Positions 9,329 through 19,068 of a DNA stretch of 35,700 bases are shown in pieces; position 1 is the stretch's first letter, and each line of letters starts with the position of its first letter. The position numbers and the translations under genes are program-made. The stretch spans positions 1-35,700 of the forward strand of contig CANKGI010000003.1 in NCBI GenBank assembly GCA_947481365.1, given 5' to 3'. The stretch is from Bacteroidota bacterium (lineage in GTDB: Bacteria > Bacteroidota > Bacteroidia > UKL13-3). The notes beneath the pieces are model-generated. The model made no database searches, had not been told where the DNA came from, and saw only the letters and a program-made list of their open reading frames with translations.

Positions 9329-10270
9329 TTATTTAAGTGTATACAATAAAATTCTTCTTTGAATTTTTGTGTTTATCCAAAATAGAAATGTGAATATCAA
9401 TTGTTGTTCAAAGGTTATAATATTAAAATAAATAAGTATCGACTTTAATTCTTTTAAATTATTCTTTTTAAAATAATGACTTACCCATTCTCTTACCCAT
9501 CTTTTTAATTCTTTACTTAAATTTAATTTTCTTAGCTCATAGGTAGTGAAATTTTTCTTAAAGATTTGCATCACTTCGTAAATAGATATTCTATCTGATG
9601 CACTTACCGACCCCGACCTAATTCTATAAACCGATAACGGTACTGAAACTCCTTTTAATGATGAATTCGTTTTAAGCATTCGTAACCATAAATCATAATC
9701 CTCAGCTTTGCTAATTGATTCGTCAAATAACCCGGCTTTAATTAATGCACCTTTCATTGCCAACACAGTTAACATCGGTATCCTATTGCTTTCAATAAAA
9801 AGCTTTATCCCTTCATCTCCTATATATACATTATTCGGAATGTACATTCTGTCTTCGTCTTTATATTCTCCTAAAGATTCGCTTTCATTAAAATAAAAAG
9901 TATCTGTAAATAGGAGATCTACATTACTATTATTTAACTCTTTTAATGAAAAGAAAAGCTTTTCTGGAAGCCATAAATCATCAGCATCTAAAAATGCAAT
10001 AATTTCGCCATTTGCCAATTTTATTCCTTTGTTTCTGGCTGCACTTTGTCGTGAGTTATTTTGAAAATAGTACTTAATTCTCGTGTCTGAATTAATGTAT
10101 TTGTTGCAAATATCTTTTGTCTTATCTGTAGAACCATCATCAATAATAATGAGTTCCCAATTTTGATATGTTTGGTTAATTACGCTTTCAATACTTTGAG
10201 AAATAAAATTTTCAACGTTGTAAGCAGGCATTATAACAGAAATCAAACTTTGACTCAAATCTTTTTCCAT
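9329..10270 (-). CDS. Glycosyltransferase family 2
   Basis: ISVIMPAYN, IDDGSTD, ARNKG, FLDADDLW and AEDYDLWLR motifs. Confidence 0.92.
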   Translation of the reverse strand: MEKDLSQSLISVIMPAYNVENFISQSIESVINQTYQNWELIIIDDGSTDKTKDICNKYINSDTRIKYYFQNNSRQSAARNKGIKLANGEIIAFLDADDLWLPEKLFFSLKELNNSNVDLLFTDTFYFNESESLGEYKDEDRMYIPNNVYIGDEGIKLFIESNRIPMLTVLAMKGALIKAGLFDESISKAEDYDLWLRMLKTNSSLKGVSVPLSVYRIRSGSVSASDRISIYEVMQIFKKNFTTYELRKLNLSKELKRWVREWVSHYFKKNNLKELKSILIYFNIITFEQQLIFTFLFWINTKIQRRILLYTLK

Positions 10271-11142
10271 GTTTCGGGAATTAAGTCATGCGTTTGCGAA
10301 TTTATTTCTTCGTTTGAAAACCAGTTCTGTGGTGCTACTACAATTTTATTTGGGTTATTGTTCAACCACGCTCCCCACCAACTGAAACTACTGTTAGCAA
10401 TGATATTATGCTTACATCTGCTCATCAGATACATATCTTTCCAACTATGTTCATTAACGTTATGATTGACAAATATTTTATCAAAATTAAGTGGCATGAA
10501 TTCTTTCTTAACCCAATCAATATCATCCGAAAAAAATACCAGTAAAGGTTCTTTCAAGTCAGTTGTTACTTCCGTTATGGCATTATTATAATATGCATCA
10601 CTGCATACTCCATGAAATGTATTTACTGTTGCATTTTCAACATAATCTCCACGTCTGATATGAATAGCAATAGCATTTTTACTTTCAATTTTATCTAAAA
10701 GTTCTTTGTTTTGGGTGTCAAGTTTTTTTGAATCAAATGCAAATAAATTTCTTACGAATGCTTGCTGGTCATCAAAATATTTATAACTCTGAAAGTACCC
10801 CTCAAGATAAACTGGCTCATTCAATTTTAAAACTGTTGGATTAAAATCAAATCTTTTCTCACTGTAATACTTGGGATAATTTAGGTTTAATTTTCTTTTG
10901 ATTTTATTGAAATAGTTTAGCTGTTTGAAACGCTTTATTTCTTTTTCGTTTGCAACGTTGTAATTATTTGAAAAAATATTGAGTTCAAAATCTCTTGGAG
11001 TAAACGTTGCTGTTTTTACTTTGTCATTAAAAAAATTAGCATCAATTAAAACTTTTGTCTTATTTGTTTTAGCAATAATACTTGCTAAAGCAAATTGAAA
11101 CATTTGATTGCCTAATCCACCTTGTAATTTAATAATGATCAT
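10255..11142 (-). CDS. Alpha-1,2-fucosyltransferase, GT11 family
   Basis: GGLGNQMFQ, YLEGYFQS, HIRRGDY, FSDDIDW and IIANSSFSWWGAWL: the canonical GT11 motifs. Confidence 0.93.
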   Translation of the reverse strand: MIIIKLQGGLGNQMFQFALASIIAKTNKTKVLIDANFFNDKVKTATFTPRDFELNIFSNNYNVANEKEIKRFKQLNYFNKIKRKLNLNYPKYYSEKRFDFNPTVLKLNEPVYLEGYFQSYKYFDDQQAFVRNLFAFDSKKLDTQNKELLDKIESKNAIAIHIRRGDYVENATVNTFHGVCSDAYYNNAITEVTTDLKEPLLVFFSDDIDWVKKEFMPLNFDKIFVNHNVNEHSWKDMYLMSRCKHNIIANSSFSWWGAWLNNNPNKIVVAPQNWFSNEEINSQTHDLIPETWKKI

Positions 11143-11145
11143 TGT

Positions 11146-11886
11146 TTAACTTTTTATAAGCCAAAAACATCCACAACCATATTTTTGATTGCTAACAATT
11201 TCTGGATTCGCATTCCAAATAAAATCGCCCAAATCTGTTATCAATGAAAAGTTTTTTAATTCAAATCCTTCAAAACAACTTAATATCATTTCGAATGAAT
11301 AAATCCTATGAGCATTAAACTGTATTCTAGCCTTTCCAACAGGTACAACAAATAAAAGGCTGCCTCCTTTTGCAACAACGCGCTTCAATTCTTCTATTGC
11401 TTTTAAGTCACCAATCGGATCAATTGGATCTCCATATCTACCAAGCCCAATATGCTCAACTGTGTGCATACATGAAATAGATTCAACTGAATTATCTGAA
11501 AAATCGAGATTCATTAAATCGCCCTTTAATGTTTTCAGATTTGGAAGTGTGAGATTAGCTGGTCTGTAATCATAAAAATCTACCGGGACATAAGCAGATA
11601 GTTGTGAACAGAAGTGTAGTGTTGATGAAATATCGATATGTTTTGAAGGATTAATATCTTTAATTATTCGTGTTGCCCATGCGGGATGGTAAACGTAATG
11701 TGCATCGAATCCAGTATTATTTGTATTGTCATTAAGACACGGAAAATTATCTTCATTATTGATTGAAAATCTACTATCTGATTTACTTTTAAATGTAGTT
11801 AAATCATTATCAAATTTCTTTCTTGCCTTATAATTGTGGTAATACGTTTTTGTGATGTGAATATATTTATATACTAATTTTTTCAT
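11146..11886 (-). CDS. DUF268-type / class I SAM-dependent methyltransferase-like protein
   Basis: FDAHYVYHPAWA, HIDISS, SISCMHTVEHIGLGRYGDPIDP, VPVG and FNAHRIY match my recollection of the DUF268 family found in glycan loci. Confidence 0.8.
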   Translation of the reverse strand: MKKLVYKYIHITKTYYHNYKARKKFDNDLTTFKSKSDSRFSINNEDNFPCLNDNTNNTGFDAHYVYHPAWATRIIKDINPSKHIDISSTLHFCSQLSAYVPVDFYDYRPANLTLPNLKTLKGDLMNLDFSDNSVESISCMHTVEHIGLGRYGDPIDPIGDLKAIEELKRVVAKGGSLLFVVPVGKARIQFNAHRIYSFEMILSCFEGFELKNFSLITDLGDFIWNANPEIVSNQKYGCGCFWLIKS

Positions 11887-11980
11887 TTAAAATGGTCATG
11901 TTTAAAGTACTAAATTCCAAGTATCGTTATATTTTTAATATAAAAAATACAGCTTAATAATTAATTCTCTCCATAATAAT

Positions 11981-13204
11981 TTAAACAATTTGCCAGCTAG
12001 AATTTACATTAACAAATCCTGCATTATTAGTAAGATATTGTGTGTTATTTCCAATGTCTAAAATTTCTATGTCGAATGCATTTGGATTGTGGTATATATT
12101 TGACTTTTCGCCTACACTTATCCCAAATGCAAAATGGTAATTATTTGCCCTTAAATTGTGTTTTACTTCACATATAATTTCATTTTCACCTTTAACAATT
12201 GAAACAGGTCCTCTTGTTGTAAAAACGGGTATCTCATCTATTGATAAACATCCAATTGCTACGCTAATATTTTCAAAATCTTGCTTTGAATCAATTTTAA
12301 ATTTTATCTTGATGTTTTCATCAAATTTTATTTGGTTGGTGTTATTAAAACCATTTAGAATTTCAATTTTCAAAACTCTAATTATATCATCACCGTATAC
12401 ATAATCTGAGCAATCAAAATGTGACGAAGTGTTTATGCCAGTTTTAAGATAATTTTCGATGGCGTGGGTTGCACTTCCAATTATCTTAATTGATCCATTA
12501 TGTAATAATATTCCTTTATTACATAAGGCTTTTACTGCAGCCATATTATGACTCACAAATATAACTGTTCTTCCTTCTCCCGAAACGTCTTTCATTTTGC
12601 CAAGACATTTCTTTTGAAATTCTGCATCACCAACAGCCAGTACTTCATCCACAATTAATATTTCGGGCTCAAGATGAGCAGCCACAGCAAACGCCAATCG
12701 AACATACATACCCGATGAATAACGCTTTACTGGTGTATCTAAAAATCTTTCCACTTCAGCAAATGCAACAATCTCATCAAATTTTTTCTGTATTTCATTT
12801 TTGCTCATTCCTAAAATAGAGCCATTCAAAAAAACATTTTCTCGTCCGCTGAGTTCGGGATGAAAACCGGTACCAACTTCGAGCAAACTGGCAACACGTC
12901 CTTCAATTTTAATTCGTCCATGTGTAGGAGTAACTATCCTGCTTAAAATTTTTAGTAAAGTTGATTTTCCAGCTCCGTTTCTTCCAATTATGCCAACACG
13001 ATCACCTTGATTTATATCAAACGAAACATCATTTAAAGCCCAAAATGTTTCTTGTGAAGCTGACTGATCAGCATCTTTCTTTTTAAAAATAGATTTAATA
13101 TTATTGGTTATGTGCTCGCGAAACGAATCATTATGCCTTATCTTCTGATGTTGCAGAACATAGCTTTTACTGATATTTTCAACTGTAATAATTGTGTTAC
13201 TCAT
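11981..13204 (-). CDS. wzt: Polysaccharide ABC exporter ATP-binding subunit with C-terminal Wzt_C domain
   Basis: Walker A GRNGAGKST, signature YSSGM, Walker B ILIVDEVLAVGD and H-loop VSH, followed by a beta-rich C-terminal extension of about 150 aa. Confidence 0.95.
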   Translation of the reverse strand: MSNTIITVENISKSYVLQHQKIRHNDSFREHITNNIKSIFKKKDADQSASQETFWALNDVSFDINQGDRVGIIGRNGAGKSTLLKILSRIVTPTHGRIKIEGRVASLLEVGTGFHPELSGRENVFLNGSILGMSKNEIQKKFDEIVAFAEVERFLDTPVKRYSSGMYVRLAFAVAAHLEPEILIVDEVLAVGDAEFQKKCLGKMKDVSGEGRTVIFVSHNMAAVKALCNKGILLHNGSIKIIGSATHAIENYLKTGINTSSHFDCSDYVYGDDIIRVLKIEILNGFNNTNQIKFDENIKIKFKIDSKQDFENISVAIGCLSIDEIPVFTTRGPVSIVKGENEIICEVKHNLRANNYHFAFGISVGEKSNIYHNPNAFDIEILDIGNNTQYLTNNAGFVNVNSSWQIV

Positions 13205-13229
13205 CTTGTTCTTTTAATACAACTGCTCG

Positions 13230-14078
13230 CTAAATAATATCGGCAAAAGTCTTTTCCATTTTACGAAAATACCAAAGACCAATAATTAACAGAAATATGC
13301 TAATTGCACACGACACTAAAAATCTTTCAAAATAAAATGGCGTATTGCCGCCAAGAATACACCACCTAAAACCATCAATTACACCAACCATTGGATTAAG
13401 TGCATATAGATATTTAGCAAACATTGGAATTTTTGCACTGTTATAAATATCACTGCTGCTAAAAGCAATGGGTGATACATACAAACCAAATTGTATGATA
13501 AATGGAATGATAAAACGGAAATCACGATAACGAACGTTTAATGCTGCAATAATTAAACCTAGTCCAATAGAAGTTATTAAGTTTAATATCAAAAAAAATG
13601 GCAGATACAGCATTTTTATATCAGGACTAAAACGATATAAAACCATTATTACGATAAGAATTATAAATGAAATCAGAAAATCAATTAAACAAACAATTAC
13701 CGTGCTGATTGGAACAATTAATCTGGGGAAATAAACTTTGGTTAATAGATTTGAATTTACAATAAGTGAATTACTCGAATCGCTAAATGCTGTTGCAAAA
13801 AACTGCCAAGGCAAAGTGGCTGCACAAACAAGCAAAATACGTGGAACACCTTCGGGGACATTTGAATTAAAAAGCCAACCGATAAACCACATCACAAAAA
13901 TGGTAAGCAGCGGACGAATAATGCTCCAAAGCAATCCAATTGCAGTTTGTTTATAGCGAACTAATATGTCGCGCCAAGCAAGAAAATATAACAATCCGCG
14001 AAATTGCCATAAATCCTGCCAGTAATTTTTATTCTCACTATCCGGATCAATTATAATTGTTCGGCTTTTATTAATCAT
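13230..14078 (-). CDS. wzm: Polysaccharide ABC exporter permease
   Basis: WRDILVRYKQTAIGLLW, KVYFPR, RYRDF and LNPM...FR motifs; about six TM helices; adjacent to wzt. Confidence 0.95.
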   Translation of the reverse strand: MINKSRTIIIDPDSENKNYWQDLWQFRGLLYFLAWRDILVRYKQTAIGLLWSIIRPLLTIFVMWFIGWLFNSNVPEGVPRILLVCAATLPWQFFATAFSDSSNSLIVNSNLLTKVYFPRLIVPISTVIVCLIDFLISFIILIVIMVLYRFSPDIKMLYLPFFLILNLITSIGLGLIIAALNVRYRDFRFIIPFIIQFGLYVSPIAFSSSDIYNSAKIPMFAKYLYALNPMVGVIDGFRWCILGGNTPFYFERFLVSCAISIFLLIIGLWYFRKMEKTFADII

Positions 14079-14435
14079 TGTAAATTGTTAATGAACGCAA
14101 TTTAAAGAATTGTAGATAAGAGCCAACAATATTTATATGAGATTTATGTTGAAAACAATTATCAAATAACAATCTATTTCAAACTGTACTACTTAAGTTT
14201 TATCGTTTTACTTATAAAGTGTATTGTACAATAACAGTTGATATTTGCGGCAAATAAATTTATGATATAAACTATTCTTTCATGGGTTTGAATCTTTTTT
14301 CGAAAGATGAAAGCATCAATTGGTTTATGAGGATTTTTATAAACTTTTAAATATCATTTCTGCCCAAGTTCAATTCATCATTGGAAATATTGTAATTTTT
14401 CAAGTGGTGTTTTTTTGACATCATGATTTCCGTTT

Positions 14436-15227
14436 TTAAACAAATTTTTTCAAGTGATAATAAAAATATTTGACAACTCTGTAAAAAATATTTCTACTCT
14501 TGATATCTGGCCTGGGTGGTAAAATGCTTTTAAGTGAATCTATTTCAATATCGCTTAAATAAGTTTTGTGCACTTGTTTTCGTTCTTCGTTTATGCTTGC
14601 AAAATTTTTAACATTTGAACTGATTCCCTTAGTGTCGTATACAGAAATAGGAAATGGAAGATATTTTGTTGAAACTTTATTTATTGCAATTGCATGAAAG
14701 AAAAAATCATAATCAGAGACTATCTTATAATTTTCATTATAAAATCCAATTTCATAAAATAATTTTCTTCTAATAAATGTTGCTGGATGCCATACATTAT
14801 GATTAAAAAGGTGATTTATATCCAATATTTCCGGAAGTTTTTCAAGCTTTTGTTTATAGCCAAAATCAAAAATAAGTTCTCCATACAAAATATCTTCAGT
14901 ATGATTTACACCAAAAACTTTTGAAAGAATATTTTTGTCTGTTAAAAAATCTCCGGAATTTAAGAATAAACAAAATTCACCTTTGGCTGCACGAATAGCT
15001 TTATTCATCGCATCATAAATTCCTGAATCCTTTTCTGAATCCCAATAGGCCATTTTATCTGCGTATTTTTTGATGACGTCAACACTTCCATCCCTTGAAC
15101 CGCCATCGATTACAATGTATTCAAAATTGCTGAATGTCTGGGATACAACACTTGAAACTGTTTTCTCTAATCCGCTTGAATTATTGAAATTAATTGTTAT
15201 GATAGAAAGTTCGGGCGATGTATCCAT
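14436..15227 (-). CDS. Glycosyltransferase family 2 (WcaE/WfgS-like)
   Basis: LSIITINFN, IDGGSRDGS, SEKDSGIYDAMNK, FLNSGD, HPATF and SDYDF motifs. Confidence 0.92.
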   Translation of the reverse strand: MDTSPELSIITINFNNSSGLEKTVSSVVSQTFSNFEYIVIDGGSRDGSVDVIKKYADKMAYWDSEKDSGIYDAMNKAIRAAKGEFCLFLNSGDFLTDKNILSKVFGVNHTEDILYGELIFDFGYKQKLEKLPEILDINHLFNHNVWHPATFIRRKLFYEIGFYNENYKIVSDYDFFFHAIAINKVSTKYLPFPISVYDTKGISSNVKNFASINEERKQVHKTYLSDIEIDSLKSILPPRPDIKSRNIFYRVVKYFYYHLKKFV

Positions 15228-15384
15228 TAATAATCGTTAGCTCTAATATGTAAATTTATATAAATAAATTTGAAACGTTATTGATATTTATTCAGTAATT
15301 AGTATTCCCAAACTCTTGAACTAAATAATTGTTCGAATATGATTCATTATTCAATTTAGTGATGATTTGAAATTCCTGTTTTTA

Positions 15385-16701
15385 TCATTCAACATTCCTT
15401 TCACCTGAATGATAATGTGGAAAATATTTATTCATAAAAGTCTTGTCGTTAGCAATTTCGGGAGGCAGAAGTAATGCTGAATTTACAAAATACTCGAGCA
15501 TTTCATGTAAAACAATATCTGGTTTATTATCAATCACTCGCGAAACAGGAATTGTTTCCATCCATGCGTAAGTTGAAGTTTTGAAAGTGGGTGTAAGAAA
15601 ATTCCTGAGATGCTCTGAATAACTATCACGAACTACAAATATTTTCAAATGATTCACTTCATGCTCCATTTTAAAAGTAAAATAATTCCCTACAAGATGC
15701 ACTGTATCATAATCACCAACAACTAGAGGTGGCTGTATATTTTTGAGATGGTAATAAAATATTGGAGAAGAAATCTGATCACTAAACCCAAATTGCGTTT
15801 GCAAATCTCCTCCTAATAAAGTTGATGAATCGATTGTAAAATCTTCTGCCTGTAAAATTTTAGTATCTGGAAAATCAACTTGAATTTTTTGCATAACTTT
15901 TTGGTATGCTAAAAATGCTCCGAATTCATTCCAATGTGTATCGGTTATATAATAAGTTGGTCGAATATTTTTTCCCTCAATGAGTTCCTTTCTGCAATCA
16001 ATAAATTTTATAATAGTATCCTGTTGTAAATAGGTATACACCTGATCGAGTTTAGAAAACTTTAACTGATTTCTCAGAATAATCGGCATGTTCTCGGGAT
16101 AAATTCTTGACTTAACAGGCGCAATCATAAAGTAATATTTTATCCCCCTGTTGTCAAACCATTTAGTAACAATTTGAAGATTTATTTTAATGGTTTTTAA
16201 CTCATCATTTGTATATGGAACACTGGTACATTCAATATATTCATTACCTGAATTGTACAACCAATTCTCTTTGCCTATAAGAACTTTTTGCGGCAGCGGA
16301 GAAATATTCAGAAAAATAAATTTGAATTTATTTATGGCCATCACCGAAATATTTCGGTAAGCAAATCTGTCGTTAAAATAATCTTGAAATTGAAAAAATA
16401 CTTTCCAAATATTTTCGGTTTGAAAAGTTGGAAACTCGGCTAAACTTCTTTTCTCTAAACTTGATTTTTCCTTCTCACCCAACATTGGAAAATAAATAAT
16501 GATAAGAAATGACAGTATAAAAAATAGTTTGCTAAATGAAAGCAATGCGATGTGTTTCTTAAGTAAAAATATACTTAGAACAGCTATCACAAAACTTAAA
16601 CCCAAATTGAGTATGAGCGAAGTTGTAAGTTGAGCTATAACGATATAACATAACATCGAAAGATAAATGAACAACAAACTATATTTTAACTTGCTGCTCA
16701 T
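15385..16701 (-). CDS. AlgJ/AlgX-like SGNH O-acetyltransferase, membrane-anchored
   Basis: EKRSLAEFP, YFNDRFAYR, GKENWLY, APVKSRIYPE, catalytic TDTHWN (D-x-H), GGDL and RDSY (Ser). About three N-terminal TM segments. The ATG at 16701 overlaps the MBOAT stop (TGATG); the ORF track starts at the TTG at 16704. Confidence 0.85.
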   Translation of the reverse strand: MSSKLKYSLLFIYLSMLCYIVIAQLTTSLILNLGLSFVIAVLSIFLLKKHIALLSFSKLFFILSFLIIIYFPMLGEKEKSSLEKRSLAEFPTFQTENIWKVFFQFQDYFNDRFAYRNISVMAINKFKFIFLNISPLPQKVLIGKENWLYNSGNEYIECTSVPYTNDELKTIKINLQIVTKWFDNRGIKYYFMIAPVKSRIYPENMPIILRNQLKFSKLDQVYTYLQQDTIIKFIDCRKELIEGKNIRPTYYITDTHWNEFGAFLAYQKVMQKIQVDFPDTKILQAEDFTIDSSTLLGGDLQTQFGFSDQISSPIFYYHLKNIQPPLVVGDYDTVHLVGNYFTFKMEHEVNHLKIFVVRDSYSEHLRNFLTPTFKTSTYAWMETIPVSRVIDNKPDIVLHEMLEYFVNSALLLPPEIANDKTFMNKYFPHYHSGERNVE

Positions 16702-18134
16702 CAAAATCTGAAATATATAAATGGGTTATAAGTACCTGAAACCACGCTCAAGGCGGAGTAAACAAAAATCAAAATGAGTGACACTGATTTTATTGTACGA
16801 AAAGTTGACTTTACTGTTTGTATAGATATTGTTGACTGGTAAAGAATTTGAACGGTCTTTTTAAGCATAAAATTTATTCCGTTAACTGATAAAATTAAAC
16901 CTAGCATACAGCAAAATATATTTTCGCGATTTAGAAACATATCAATTGAGTAAATACTGTTCTTATTATAAATAAACAAGGACTGAATAAATGTTATCGA
17001 CTTTTCTAATGTTTCGGATCTGAAAAAAACCCAAGCCAACACTACCACGAAAATGGTGTAAAAATGCATAATAAAATTTCCTCCTCTACGAAGAAACTTT
17101 TCAAAACCCAATCTTTCGATAATCATAAAAAAACCATGAATCAAACCCCAAATAACAAAATTCCAGCTTGCACCATGCCAAAGGCCTGTAACAAAAAATA
17201 CAAATATCAGGTTAAAATAAACGCGTGATTTACTCACTCTGTTTCCGCCCATTGGAATGTATAAATAATCTCTGAACCAATTTGAAAGTGATATATGCCA
17301 ACGTTGCCAAAACTCGCGAACTGATTTTGCCTTATATGGAAAATTAAAATTCTCTAGAAAATCAAAACCAAGCATTTTACCTAATCCTATTGCCATATCA
17401 GAGTAACCCGAAAAATCAAAATACAATTGAAGTGAATAAGAAATAATAGCAAACCAAGTAGCTGAAGTTGATAATTGAGCCGGGCCTATATCAAATAATA
17501 AATCAGTTGTATAACCTAACGAATTGGCAATTATCACTTTCTTTCCCATGCCAATTATAAATCGTTGAATTCCTAATTGAAATTGTGCCGAATTCAAAAA
17601 TCTACCTGTAAACTGATAGGCTATATCTTTATATCGAATGATAGGTCCAGCAACAAGTTGAGGAAATAGGCTTATATAGAGTGTTAAGTCAACAAATGAT
17701 TTCTGAACTTTATTCTCTTTACGATAAACATCAATCAAATAAGAAATGCTGTGAAAAGTATAAAAAGAAATTCCAACAGGCAACTTCACTTTTGCAAATT
17801 TTATCGGGTCGATATGAAAATCCACCAAAAGGTAATTGATATTTTCTACTACAAAACTGCTGTACTTAAAAATGACCAACAACAATAAATTAACAAATAC
17901 GCCAACCGAAATGGCTGTTTTTGTTTTGCTCCTGTCAATCCATTTTCCAATAAAATAATTAAATGTAATGGAGAGCATCATTAAAACAATCATCTCTCCT
18001 TCACCAAAAACGTAAAACAAAATACTGAGAATTACCAGTACAGCATTTCTGAATTTAGAATTACGTGAAAGATATGCCAGTAGTAGCGTTACCGGCAAAA
18101 AGAAGAAAAGGAAAAACGGTGAACTGAATACCAT
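16701..18134 (-). CDS. MBOAT family O-acyltransferase (AlgI/DltB/PatA-like)
   Basis: LPVGISFYTF, FPQLVAGPI, YFDFSGYSDMAIG, FWQRWHISL, YIPMGGNR and GLWHGA (catalytic His); C-terminus PFIYFRF. Confidence 0.95.
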   Translation of the reverse strand: MVFSSPFFLFFFLPVTLLLAYLSRNSKFRNAVLVILSILFYVFGEGEMIVLMMLSITFNYFIGKWIDRSKTKTAISVGVFVNLLLLVIFKYSSFVVENINYLLVDFHIDPIKFAKVKLPVGISFYTFHSISYLIDVYRKENKVQKSFVDLTLYISLFPQLVAGPIIRYKDIAYQFTGRFLNSAQFQLGIQRFIIGMGKKVIIANSLGYTTDLLFDIGPAQLSTSATWFAIISYSLQLYFDFSGYSDMAIGLGKMLGFDFLENFNFPYKAKSVREFWQRWHISLSNWFRDYLYIPMGGNRVSKSRVYFNLIFVFFVTGLWHGASWNFVIWGLIHGFFMIIERLGFEKFLRRGGNFIMHFYTIFVVVLAWVFFRSETLEKSITFIQSLFIYNKNSIYSIDMFLNRENIFCCMLGLILSVNGINFMLKKTVQILYQSTISIQTVKSTFRTIKSVSLILIFVYSALSVVSGTYNPFIYFRF

Positions 18135-19067
18135 TTAAATTTTTATTTTTTTAATATCAGCTGAAATTAATTTCGAAAAATATGTAGCGCCATCTTTATT
18201 CAAATGTTCCTGATCTGAAAAATATGCGGCCTCAGTCAGGCTATTCGAATAGTCAATTAATTGATATGTTGAATCAATAACAGATTGAATTCTGTTCTTA
18301 AATCCTTTTGTTGATTTACGAAACTGAGGAGGTAAGCAAAACAACAATTGAATATTATTTTCACTGCATTTTTTCTGAATATTTAAAATGGAATTTCGAT
18401 AATCAAGATTCATTCTTAAAACAGAAAGATTGATATTGTTCATTTCAAAAACAGTATGCTCATCTTCCCCTTTTTTGTCAACCAATGTTGCTCCAAAGGA
18501 ATTTATATTTGTTGTTCGTGCGTCAGGTTTCTCTTTGCCAAAAAGCAAATATTTCAAAGCATTGATGAAATTTACATTTTGCCGATACGTATACGAAATG
18601 CTTGTTGCCAATTCGTTTTTTCCAAGTTCAGAATTTATTTTTTTACAGATAAATGGGTTGTCAACGTAAGGATACAAGACATCTTTCCTGAAAATGATTC
18701 CGCTTTTTGTGTACAACGCAGCGTAATCATCAACATTATAAATAACCAGTTTTGGTTTGTGTGCCGATTTTAAAACCAAGTCAAGTATGGTTTCATGGAA
18801 AATTGGATTTGAACCACTTTGTCCTAGATTATAACAACTCAATCCTGTATTTAATTTTATCTCTTCGGGCGAGTAATCGTTTAGTGCTTCTGATGAGCCA
18901 ATAATAACAACATCTGCCTCAATTTTATTTTCAAGAATCAGTTCAATACGGTTATCGTATTTCTGCTTTTTTGAAAACACAGATAAAACATATCCAATAA
19001 ATATATCACCTGAAATGAATATTAAAATGAAGAGTATATATTTTATATATTTTTTCATACTTCTCAT
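18135..19067 (-). CDS. SGNH-like MBOAT partner protein (DltD/PatB-like)
   Basis: Single N-terminal TM, IIGSS (block I Ser), YNLGQSG and FSDQEHLNKDGA (DxxH). The likely start is the ATG at 19067 or 19058, not 19103, which lies inside the upstream MBOAT. Confidence 0.8.
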   Translation of the reverse strand: MRSMKKYIKYILFILIFISGDIFIGYVLSVFSKKQKYDNRIELILENKIEADVVIIGSSEALNDYSPEEIKLNTGLSCYNLGQSGSNPIFHETILDLVLKSAHKPKLVIYNVDDYAALYTKSGIIFRKDVLYPYVDNPFICKKINSELGKNELATSISYTYRQNVNFINALKYLLFGKEKPDARTTNINSFGATLVDKKGEDEHTVFEMNNINLSVLRMNLDYRNSILNIQKKCSENNIQLLFCLPPQFRKSTKGFKNRIQSVIDSTYQLIDYSNSLTEAAYFSDQEHLNKDGATYFSKLISADIKKIKI

Positions 19068-19068
19068 C

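Noticed and set aside
5822-13956. Small ORFs inside the glycan genes (5822-6133, 8106-8321, 8605-8886, 8956-9183, 9708-9896, 10163-10465, 12156-12404, 13738-13956)
   Set aside because: Entirely overlapped by longer motif-bearing CDSs; typical antisense or off-frame artefacts.
14190-14434. TGA-interrupted frame as evidence of stop-codon recoding
   Set aside because: TGA clearly terminates genuine genes here (2841, 16701, 19069, 21886, 31784), so the standard bacterial code applies.
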